Below, in pieces: positions 11,950 to 22,490 of a DNA stretch of 25,607 nucleotides. Position 1 is the stretch's first letter. The number at the start of each line of letters is the position of its first letter. The DNA comes from Patellaria atrata CBS 101060 (lineage: Eukaryota): positions 127,628 through 153,234 of the forward strand of contig MU006089.1 in the NCBI GenBank assembly GCA_010093705.1, given 5' to 3'. Made by a program: the position numbers and the translations under genes. A model generated the notes under the pieces. That model had not been told where the DNA came from and made no database searches. It worked only from the letters and a program-made list of their open reading frames with translations.

Positions 11950-12627
11950 AATCAAAAATAGAGGCGCCCTTCAGGCGGTTGTGCTCAAGCAGTTCCTCTT
12001 AACTCACATACCCTCTAATTGAAGTTGATAGGTTGCGTCATACTCAGATAGATATTGTTTAAGGAATCAAATGTAAACTATTACTAAAACTCCTTATTCA
12101 ATTTTCCAAATGGACGTTAAGACTGTGGAATGAATTTGATGGCCCCTCGTCAGGAGTGAGCTTCTACACCGGTGGTCTACGTACACCCCCAAATTGATAC
12201 ACGTACACCTCAGTGTCACCGACCAGGTTGTGTATCGGTAAGAATCTAGTACGGTCACCTTACGAAACCCTGTACTAGTGGATCAAGCTGCTCTGTGAAA
12301 TGCTCGAAAGACTGACTCTAAGACTGAACGATACTTATAGAGACTATAGTGCTTTGATATATCTCTTCAAAATCACGTCACGCTGATATAATCTCTTGAA
12401 TGCGCCGACTAAGTGGAACGATATTTGGAGTACCAAGTGATGATTATATTGTCTTGGTTATGCTGACCAAATTCTACAAGACAGAGAAGACACGGTACAT
12501 TAGGAGAGTAAATGACCTTGAACCCTTAAAAAAGTCTATATTGAACGATCCGCGTAAAAGTATACCCTATATAATATGGCGAGCGTGAATGGAGATCAAG
12601 AAATAGCAAAAGCATGAAGAAAAGTCC

Positions 12628-14510
12628 TTAATCGATGTGGACTCGCCAAAATTCCCGATCACTGCCGGGTTTGAACGCTGTTCGAGTGTGCATCATGGAG
12701 ATATTATCGCTGAGAATGACATCTCCCTTTTCCCAGGCATAGTAATGACTTACCCTTCGATCGTACAGAAGACGATCAAGGAGAGCAGTTAAGCCCTGCT
12801 CATCGTTCTCGATATAACTTTCAGCAGGACGGAAAGCAGTTTTGCTCTGAGGCCAATTCTCATGATAGCGGAGGCAAGGTGTACCTAGAACCGGGTGCGC
12901 GATAACGAGCGGTATGTGCTCTAGCTTTACGCCTTTGAAACTAGTTGTGGAGCAAGTCCATTTGAACTTGGACAGATCGTTAATCGTCAGAGAAGGCAGA
13001 TTTTCAAACAGTAACCGAGACGAAGCAAACAGCGTTAGACCTGTTCCCTTGGGTGCTGGGACAATGCTTGAGAACATCTGGAATCTAGAAATCAGAGTTG
13101 AGAAGTTATTATCGGATTCCGTTCATGTGAACTCGATTTTACGAACCTTGGAACCTGGGACTCGAATTTTTCGAGCCCATCCTCATCAATCACCGTTTTA
13201 GTTTTGAATATGCCGTCAAAATGAAATGGGAGTGGTTCGGCGGAAAGAGTACTGTTCATTCCTCGCTCATCCCGACCACGGTCTTTGACCTCCAAAAGAT
13301 CGCCGAATAACCAAGGTTGTATTTCACCTAACCGTCTAGCCGCGGCAAGAAAAGATTCCCGATCCGTAGTATCGGCAAAGCCCCTAATGATAATTGGGGA
13401 ATTAAGCTCCGCAATGCTTCTGACCTTCTTCATATCAATATCTTTTAAAGATAAACTCGGGTCAGCGGACTCGATGATAAGTCCAGTTGGATATAAGTTA
13501 TTGAACTCGACTCGATCGTCTAAACCCAGATTGTAAAGGTCAGACTTTTCTCTAAAATACAATGGACGGCCTGTTTTGTCGTGAATCAACTCTAGATTCT
13601 CGTCTGATTGTAGCACCTCTCGATATGCAAAACTGTGGGCGCCATTGAGCGAGGTGCGCAAGCATGCATGCCATGGAGTCACCGAAGACTTCTGTTCACC
13701 ATTGACAAGGGATATCGAAAATTTCTTTCTTCCAGATGACGGGTGAATTGATAGTCTAATATGATTTGGAAACGCCTTGTCGATGGCGCTTGCAAATGCT
13801 TTGCCGCGAGTGATCATTTGTAACGCTATCATTTCTATGCGTTTCTTCGTCGCGGTCTTACTCAATCCCTTGAAACATGGCTTAAGCAGAAGGTCTTTAA
13901 CGAGAAACTTATTGTAGCCCCTGAACGTAGCCATAGCATCCTCGTTCGACATTATCTCCTTATGGGGGTCGAAACTATCGGGAACGTTCCTTTGAACTAG
14001 TTGGTCCCGAAAAGTAGGCGCGTTCTCTTCATATAACTCCTTGCTCATTTGGGAAGGAAGTTCTTGCATTCCAAGGAGATCTTTCAGCCTGGCGAAGCGG
14101 ATATTGGTGAACTCCTTCTCGTGAGCTAGTCTGCGCACACCCTCCCCATAGTCGTATACGGTTCCATCAGAAACACCTAGTAGATCGTTGTACACCAAGC
14201 CGTCAGAAACGATATATAATCTTGCTCCTGGAGAGTAGACTTGACGAATGTTCTCGCAAATGCCGTTCAAGTGGGCCAAAGACACCTCCTCCGCTTTATC
14301 GGGAAGGACTCCTAACGTTTTTGCGATGGTATTTGGTGATTTGAATGGGAACGCAGGTAGTATCAAAGGGATAGTCTCGTTCTTTGTGACAAAATGGTCG
14401 ATGATTGGTAAAAATTGTATCCGTGCAAACTCTATCTGGTCTATTACACCGTTCGGTAATGGGATGCGATAAGCCTCAATTATATCTAGCACGAGAATGC
14501 TGGCCTCCAT
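12628..14510 (-). CDS. Isocyanide synthase (DIT1/PvcA domain) fused to a C-terminal TauD/TfdA-type Fe(II)/2-oxoglutarate dioxygenase (PvcB/IsnB-like), 606 aa
   Basis: First in-frame ATG is at 14510 (the ORF-track start at 14576 is a TTG). Exon 1 is 14510-13147, intron 13146-13085 (GTTCGT...TAG), exon 2 is 13084-12628; 1821 nt, in frame, no internal stop. ICS motifs: LILPAFPFKSPN-x3-KTLGVLPDKAEE, IVSDGLVYNDLLGVSD, IRLSIHPS, VTPWH. Dioxygenase motifs: PFHFDG (HxD) and WEKGDVILSDNISMMHTRTAF...REFWRVH. Confidence 0.92.
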
Positions 14511-16744
14511 ACTGGTATTTGTAGGGAAGGAAATGTTAAGCTGAGCGTGATATAAAGGTTGACGATCTAATGTCAAAAGAATGCTGTTGGAAAACTTTTA
14601 TGAATATAAGGTTCATGGTGGTTTCAGCATATGACACAAGCTACTTATATACTGATGACTTGAATTTGAACGTGGTGACATCGTTAACATCACAATACAG
14701 ACCGAGAAACAATTCCCTGACTGGCAAAAGTTTCGGACGCCGTGATCGGCTATCTTTTTAACCTTATGAACCTTGTAGCCATTGAGGAAACTGAAAACCT
14801 ATAGTTCATCCGAGATACTTCGTCGAATTCCTCAAAGTCATTCACTTTCGCTCGGAAAAGCTTAAGAGAATATCTCACACGGACTTTGGGATTGTTAGTC
14901 GTTGAGACTCCCGGTAATTTGATTCGTTCTGTTTTGAAATGTATCAATGCTGAATTACCCTCCAAGCGTCTTGGATGTCTGGTGTTGACAAGACATCATA
15001 GATATATCCATCATTATCCCCACAATACAGTGTTGGTTGAACTGCATAGCCTCGCAACTAGGTCCGAGACGGATGGTTGGAAGCAATGTTTGTTTGCTTA
15101 TCAGCTTGTGGCCATTGGTATCCTCTAATTACGGGCTTTGATGATACACACACGGAAGCATGTAATGGCTGCTCAAACCTGAAGTGGCTGTTAGATGAGC
15201 GGCCAAGGATTGCGGGTCGAATCCACATAGAGATCGACCCGAAGATCATCGAGATGGGAGATTGGATACTCAATGTGTGGTCATCGAGAAAGTGGTTTGG
15301 GTTACGACTCTCGAGCCACATGGATAACGGAACGGGTAACCCTAGGATTGATCAACTCCAACTGCAATATTTAACTCTTTTAGCAAAGTTTGTAAGCAGT
15401 TGGTCAATGGAAACTCCCCGATTAAGCCTTGGTACTGACAGACGGAGGCAAGACGGACTAAGAATTATGCTCAGGGCAAAGGAGGGCTTAACAGTGACAT
15501 CGTTCCTTGTTGTTTCTCCGGTCGTACAAGAAGATTATAGATACCGTAACTCAGTAAGAATACCTGGAGCGCCCAGCATTCACGGTACCTGCGGGGGAAA
15601 TATCTTAGGGTTGAAGGTGCCGAAACCAGGTTTATGCAGTTAGGTCCGAGTGTGAGGATGATTTAGCCCGATCTCCAATTCCCCTGCGCAGATCTCTTCA
15701 TTTTCGTTTTTGTACTTCGAAGTGCATGGCTACTTGGTACCTGGTAAAGAGATTGGAAACAAACTAATTTTCTCTGCGGACTGATAGTACTGAGGAACCT
15801 AAGAGATGACGGGAACAGTGAGGATATAACTGTTGAGAGGGAAGATGGAGAACTTGTAGCTCCTTGGCTAGTTCTATATGAGATTACATAAGACAGACCT
15901 AAAATCTAGCTTCTCAGAGTTTATAACAACCTCCTCGACTTTTGACGATTTCAAACAAGTGAGACGACAGAACGAGCGGTCGATACTACTAAAGCTCAAT
16001 TTCTTAAAAAGCAGCTTTAAAAAGAAAATGAATTGTTACGGAGGGAAGGGAGAATCTGGTTTATTTTGCTTGATGGAGGGCACCGCTGAGACGGAATGAT
16101 TGAAAGGAACAAAACAATCTCCTTAAGATCAGTGATTCCAAATCCAAATATGATTTAACTCGTGTTGATGCTGTTTGATGGAGCTACGCGTAATCCAGGT
16201 ACGGGTGAAAGCTAAGTATAAGACGTTCAACATCTCCGGCTGTTTACATACTTTTCTATTCAATTCTACCAATCATGTCGTGGGCGTATCGTTCCTCGGG
16301 GACATTGCGCCTGGAGGGTTCAAAACTGATCCTGTCATCGCGGGGATAGGAGTACGCACCTTCATGCTAACTGCACTAGCTCTCATCCCTTCCGAAAGGC
16401 TAACTCTTGAAAAACAGGTCCTATTAGCGGTCATTATACATACTATGTGCTATTGCATCAGGACAGGGTGTGTCCAGTACACCCAGAACGTTTAAGAGAA
16501 GGAACACAAAAACTTTGCCTCCATTTACCCTCGTCGTCATCGCACCCGCAGCGACAAAGCTACTCGCCCTACAACTATCTTATCACCACGGAATTGCATG
16601 CGCAGCCTCATTACTCACTTATCCAGAACATCATTCACTACTTCACCTAGCGCTTAAATATTTTTAATAGCTCCTAATTTAGCCGATATCGAAAAGATTA
16701 ATTCAGTTTCTCCACTCTCAGCCCATCTAACTACGCCTCGGAAC

Positions 16745-16934
16745 TGTCACGATCTGGATCTATGATCGCAACAGCGGCTCGGGCTACCACGGGTTAGCTA
16801 GTCGGCCCGAGCTTTGGCATGAGAATATATCTCTCCCCTGATTGTAAATAGCTTTATCTCTTCAAACTTGTTGTTCTTAGTCAATTGAGTACTGCTTTGG
16901 CCCATGCTACGTATCGAAGATACTCGCTGTGACA
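16745..16934. mobile_element. Solo LTR of an LTR retrotransposon (probably Ty3/Gypsy-type), 190 bp
   Basis: Starts TGTCAC (16745) and ends GTGACA (16934), giving 6-bp inverted TG...CA termini. Flanked by a perfect 5-bp target-site duplication GGAAC (16740-16744 and 16935-16939). No internal gag/pol sequence. Confidence 0.88.
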
Positions 16935-17073
16935 GGAACCCGATAAAGGGAAGCCTGGATCTCAAACATTTTATAATATACTATAAGTTAACCTATAAGT
17001 TATCACGGGCTCGTAAATTTTACTATTTCATATATTTATCGCGAACTTTCGTTTTATTAGATACTATAAAATA

Positions 17074-18935
17074 ACGTGGTTGATCATCGAGCCGGCCAGA
17101 TGATCGAATCGGTCACTTTCCGACCACGTCGCGACCTTCCAACTCTAAACCCTACCACACAATAACAAAAACAATGTCTTCGCAAACCCAAGAAGCTAGA
17201 ATCATCCTTACCATCGAGGCTATCCAGACAGCAAAAAATATGTCTATCCGAACTGCTGCGAAGATGTATAATGTCCCCCGAACGACCCTTACCGATCGAA
17301 TCAACGGACGCGTCGCGAGACCTGAGAAACGAAACGCCCGGTAAAATTTGACCCTCAACGAAGAAGAAACGATTGTTAAGTACGTACTTGACTTAGATTC
17401 GCGAGGGTTTCCCCCCGGATCGATAGCGTTGAAGATATGACTAATCTCCTCCTCGCGTCGCGTCACGCACAACGAATCAGCAAGAAATGGCCATACCGCT
17501 TTATACAACGCCGCCCAGAACTTAAGACACGTTTCTCTCGCGCATACGACTTCCAGCGAGCCCTCTGCGAAGATCCTAAGTTGATTGAGGACTGGTTTCT
17601 ACTTGTGGCCAATATGCGCGCCAAGTATACTATCCAAGATTGCGACTTCTATAACTTTGATGAGACGGGCTTTATCATAGGGGTTATCTATGGCCAGTAT
17701 AGTCGTTACACGTGCCGATCGACGTGGCCGAAGCAAGCAACTCCAACCAGGTAATCGGGAATGGGCGACTGCGATTGAGTGCGTGGCAAGCGATGGCTTT
17801 TGCATCCCTCCATTCCTCATCGTCCAAGGCGTCAATCACCTCGCGTCTTGGTATACGGAATGTGACCTCTCCCCTCGGGTGATTAAGACGACTCCTAATG
17901 GCTGGACCGATAATGATACGGCCCTTGAATGGATTAGGCCACTTCGATAAACATACTAAGGTCCGGCAACAAGGACTCTATCGGATGATTGTCCTTGACG
18001 GTCATGATAGCCACTTATCTGCCCAGTTTGAGAAATTCTGTTAAGGCTAACAATATTATTACCCTTTGCATACCTGCACACTCCTCCCACCTTACCCAGC
18101 CATTGGATTTTGGGTGCTTTAGTGTATTGAAACGGCTATACGGTCGGGAACTCGAGGAATATATCAAAGCTCATATCACCCATATTACTAAGACGGAGTT
18201 CTTTATTGCATTCAAAGCCGCCCACTTTAACGCAATAACGCCCCAAAATATCAAGGCTGGCTTTCGAGGTACTGGCCTAGTACCATATAACCCTCAAGTT
18301 GTAATATCGAAGCTAGATATCAAGTTACTGACACCAACACCTACTAGCTCCCCGCTCCCTAAGGCAGCCCTATGGGTTTCCCAGACGCCACATAACCCAA
18401 TAGAGGCCATTTCACAGTCCGAATATATACTAGGTCGAGTCTCTAGGCATCAAGGAAGCTCTCCAACTCATATATTTTCGGCGATATCAAAATTAGCGAA
18501 AGGTACGGAGCTGATTGCCCACGAGATGACCCTTTTAGGTAACCGGGTACATACCCTTGAAAAGGCCAACGAGGCCCTTTCAAAACGACGAAGAGCTAAA
18601 AAGACGCGCGTACGAGTTGGAGGTGCACTTACTGTAGAGAATGCATAGGATCTAATTGCTCAGAAGGACGCTGGTCGACAGAAATCAGGTGAGAAGTTAG
18701 TGGAAGAAGGTGATAAAGAGACCGGACCGTCGACTTTACGGCACTGTGGGAAGTGCGGTAAGAGTGGGCATAATATACGAACCTGCCAGGAAGTCAAGGA
18801 GACGTTAGATAAAGTTAGTGCAATTGATTATAATTTGTTTTAACATATTGGGGTTGTGTAATTGAATTAGGAAGTTGCAGCGTGGTCGGAAAGTGGCCGA
18901 CTGGATGATCTGGCTGGCTTGATGATCAACCACGT
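17074..18935 (+). mobile_element. Fot1/pogo-family (Tc1-mariner) DNA transposon, full length 1862 bp, defective
   Basis: 55-bp terminal inverted repeats at 17074-17128 and 18881-18935 (ACGTGGTTGATCATC...CACTTTCCGACCACG, 6 mismatches), flanked by TA on both sides (17072-17073 and 18936-18937), enclosing a DDE_1-type transposase relic. Confidence 0.95.
17174..18843 (+). pseudogene. Disrupted Fot1/pogo transposase (HTH, CENP-B-like HTH, DDE, C-terminal CCHC knuckle)
   Basis: ATG at 17174 (MSSQTQEARIILTIEAI...SIRTAAKMYNVPRTTL); motifs YNFDETGF, GWTDN, VLDGHDSH, HSSHLTQPLDFGCFSVLK and RHCGKCGKSGHNIRTC are split across frames. Premature stops at 17342-17344 (TAA) and 18646-18648 (TAG). The 3' end is approximate. 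Confidence 0.9.
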
Positions 18936-19692
18936 TATGGCTAACATTTTGCTCTTGTGATTCAAGCACACCACGGTATGGAACTGGAGGAACGATACAT
19001 CTGGAGCACTGATCTTATGTCCTTTGCGGCGCGACAATGAGCTAGTCTGTTACAGCCTAACCTCCCTCATCCAATTCCAGTAAGACGCTAAATCAGGAAG
19101 ATATCGCTGATCCTTTATAGCCACATTCTATCTCCCATCCTCCACCAAGGGATCCAGCTCAAGCCAACTTCATGTTGGGATGAGATATCTAGGATCAAGA
19201 ATTGCTACCGGTTTTGATGTTTTGCGGTCGTTTATCTGAAGAACGGTGGGGTGGACGAACGAGTGATAGTCTGGGTAATAGGTAGAGGAGATAGATGAAG
19301 GTATAAGAGGACTAGTAAGGATAATCGCTTTTAGTCCTTATTAGGGTGTTGCACTGAGTTCTGGTATATCTCCATGGCTATGAGTGGGATAGGGTAGGGT
19401 AGAGTGGGATGGGATAGGATAAGTAACGCCTTTACTTCACTCCTCTACCAAAGGTTTTAGTAAGGGTACTGGTAAATGTTTCGTTAAGGGTGATCGGGGG
19501 ATGTTTTTGCGGGTTTGCTGAGAGTGGTGTTACTGACTTTAACTTTGACTTTGCGGGGGTAAGGTGGGAAGGAGGGGAGGTGGGAAGGATAGGAAGGGAG
19601 GATATGGAAGCGGAAGGTGACATCTATATCACTCCTACTATCGTCAGCCAGACTCTCGATTCCTATGTACAAATCTATGCCTAAAGTCCAGA

Positions 19693-19896
19693 CCAGACTA
19701 ACTCACTCCGCGAGCAATGTGATATCTCCCATATCCGCATCCGGATCCGAGTGAGTCTTCACCCGAGGGCTATTACCGAAAAGACCATCATCAAGCCAAA
19801 ACGTCATTCTTACTATACATATTTATCCCCTGAACCCCTAGCCCAGACAACTCACTCAAGCAACGTGATATCCCCAGTATCCGCATCGGGGTCCGA
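19693..19896. repeat. Diverged direct repeat of the last codons and stop region of the nuclease-like gene
   Basis: 19693-19750 (minus strand SDPDADMGDITLLAE*) is a degenerate copy of 19843-19896 (SDPDADTGDITLLE*). Confidence 0.8.
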
Positions 19897-21323
19897 TCGT
19901 ATCTTGGCCGTGATGTCCGCTTTGCAAGACTGTCCATGCACCATCATACCCCAGAAATGCACGTCGTTGATGACGGCGGCCAACTGCTGGACGCCTGACA
20001 GAATGGCACAGTCGCCGGAGTAGATACAGGACATGGAGCAGCCAGTCCAGGTTTCGAAGGTATTGGGCGCAATGTACCAGAGGTTCCAGATGGAGCCGGT
20101 AAAGGTGATGCCGTAGTGGCGCATGTGTGCCTTGTCGTCTTCGGACCAGGGTCGTCCAGCCATTTGGAGCGCGCAGCTCTTCAGACGGTAGCGGTTGTAG
20201 AGTGCGATTGCGGAATGGACTGCGACTGGAGCGCGCAGCTCTTCAGACGGTAGCGGTTGTAGAGTGCGATTGCGGAATGGACTGCGACTTGATGGCGGGC
20301 GTGCTCGAGGGTCTTCTCGTCCTTTTTGAACTCGATAGTGAGGTAGGGGCTGAAAGCTCGCTTTTGCACTACTGAGACGTGATTGCGGACGCTGGGACGG
20401 AAGCCGGATTGGAATGCTTGGAGGGAGACGTGATAGGCGCAGTCTGGACGGATGTCCCAGTCGTATCTCTTCTTGGGTGGGGTGATAAGTGGAGGAGCTT
20501 CCCATTGCTCTTGGGGAGGTATGCGGATGAGCTGAAGCAGGCGAATGGGGAGTAAGCATTGATCGCCGGCTTCCTCTGGGAGCCACGGATGCTTAGGTTC
20601 GTCACGGAAGATGTCTTTCAAGGCGTACGCCGAATGTTCGGCTTCATTACATTCGAAAATCCTCATCGCTTGATAACCCTGTTGAACTTGTGCCGCATCG
20701 AGTTCCACCCACGCGGTAAGTGCGAGCGCTTGCTTATAGACATTGAGCCGTTCCTTCAGGTCGGAAGGTTTATCCTGAATAGAAAAGTGCTTGCGGAGAT
20801 CTTTATTCACGCCCAGATTCTCGATTGTAACGCCATGTGGATGTAGGACATTCTCGAGAAAGTCCGCGTCGGCGATTTTGGCAGCAGATTCTCTACCGGT
20901 CTTCAAGCTCGAGGGTGCTGATATAAGGGGCGTTCTACTTCTTTGTGAGGATGCCTTTTCCCTCTGCCTTCCTCTTGAGCTTGCAGTCTCGGCGGTGTAT
21001 GACATGACTTTCTTCCACAACCATGCCGTGTGTGTTGGATCGGTTGCAGCAATGGAGCGGCGGGTAGGCTTGAAGGTGACTTGAGGGTGACGAAGGAGGG
21101 ATTGGGAAGGTGATGAAGGCAATATACTCGATGGTCGTAGTTGTTTCGCAGCGGATCTACGGTTTGAGGAATTGGCAGTCGGGCGCATGAAGTGTGGGCA
21201 GTCACAAGTCTCCTCGATATTTGCCGATGGCTGCACACTGGGGGGTCGCTGTGGCTGCTGTAATTTATTGTTAGAGATCTCCCGTTTGCGCTGATGACTG
21301 ATTACTGCAAATCTTCCCATCAT
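19852..21323 (-). pseudogene. Fungal hypothetical protein with a putative PD-(D/E)XK nuclease-like fold, frameshifted in this sequence by a 62-bp tandem duplication
   Basis: ORFs 20181-21323 and 19852-20586 share VAVHSAIALYNRYRLKSCALQ. Removing one 62-bp copy joins them into one 469-aa frame with a low-complexity Ser/Pro/Arg N-terminus, then WDIRPDCAY...PYLTIEFKKD...ARHQVA...HYGITFTGSIWNLWYI...INDVHFWG. The nuclease fold is inferred from the PD...ExK...Q spacing. The start is uncertain. Confidence 0.7.
20165..20288. repeat. Perfect 62-bp tandem duplication (2 copies)
   Basis: TGGAGCGCGCAGCTCTTCAGACGGTAGCGGTTGTAGAGTGCGATTGCGGAATGGACTGCGAC at 20165-20226 and again at 20227-20288, with no mismatch. 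Confidence 0.97.
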
Positions 21324-22427
21324 ACCTATCTGTAGACATCATTCCTGTCGCGCTTTGGATACAACGTCATTTGATTACCAACAAAGTACCGGAAAGGTAC
21401 AAGGAGCGGCTACAAGTCTAGTAAAGGGGGTTTCGAGAACATGAAAAAAGAGTAAGGTACGTGACGGGGTCTTATAAAGTAGTACGGACTTGTAATAAGT
21501 AGTAGGTATAGTACCTTACATACGTGGTCTTGCAATGATGTGGTCGTGAGGTGAATTGGGCTTAAATTTGACGGGAACAATTTATTTTGGCTATGACCGC
21601 GTTACCTCGTTCACACTACACGCTAGTCTAGATAGTTCTAGCTAATCCAAGAATGAAGGGGGCGGGAGTCAGGGATATGGTTATGGAGCGGAATTCTGCT
21701 CAGGGCAGGTGTTAGATCTCGGCATTATTCTCCAGCGGAATCAAAGTCGCGACGAAATGCGACGAATGACCTCGCGAAAAACAGCGATGAATGGCGACAA
21801 AAGTCAGAGAATCGCCACAAAAATTTCAAGTGCGCATTGTAGTAAACAGTATGCTGCGGTCATGTCGGAACACTACCTTACGAAAGAGCCTTTGTATCGT
21901 TGTAGAACTACGATACTAGGACTTCTCTTCGCCCTTTCAACACTCTCCAACAAGTACGGGAAGACACTGTTATTTTTCACCTCAAATGCGCTGGCCTTCG
22001 TACAACTGTCACGTCTCTCGATGGACTATTATCGACTCGGCCGCTTGTGTCAGACGGCTGAATCCCAACAGCCTTATTTTGTATCTGATATAGTTAGTTT
22101 CTGTCAGACTGAAGATTAGGCATAACTCCCACTGTCTCACGCTAGTTGTTAGCACCAATTCTTTAACATAGCTGCCTAGTAGGCATACGGGAGACTCGCG
22201 AGGAATCCACGACATAACTCGCAGATTGAACTAGAGAGATGCACGAGAGATCCAGGGGAAAACCCACGATACAGTCCCCGATACAATTTATGATACATTC
22301 CACGAGGGGATACATAAGGAAGTGATAGAACGACGAGTATTCACGGCTAGACAAGCGGTTTGAATAGATAGAAGAGAAAATGGGTTACCGAATAATGCGG
22401 AATAATCGACGGAGATAATAAAGTATG

Positions 22428-22490
22428 CGGAGTAGTCGGAGTAGTCGGAGTAGTCGGAGTAGTCGGAGTAGTCGGAGTAGTCGGAGTAGT
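22428..22490. repeat. 9-bp minisatellite (CGGAGTAGT)x7
   Basis: Seven perfect units, with degenerate related units on both sides (CGAATAATG, CGGAATAAT, TAGAGTAGA). Confidence 0.95.

Noticed and set aside
14511..14576. ORF-track N-terminal extension of the isocyanide synthase
   Set aside because: It starts at TTG. The first in-frame ATG is 14510 with A at -3. An upstream exon cannot be excluded, but I could not support one.
14600..16700. ORFs upstream of the ICS gene (15077-15643, 16175-16495 and others) as cluster partner genes
   Set aside because: No transporter, P450, transferase or transcription-factor motifs are recognisable. Scattered splice-like signals did not give a coherent model. 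They may be old relics, and a translated search would decide.
19386..19413. G-quadruplex-like run GGGATAGGGTAGGGTAGAGTGGGATGGG
   Set aside because: It matches the pattern but lies in low-complexity purine-rich intergenic DNA; it is not a TTAGGG telomere array and there is no functional evidence.
20165..22490. Tandem repeats as a CRISPR-like array
   Set aside because: There are no unique spacers and no cas genes, and the DNA is eukaryotic.
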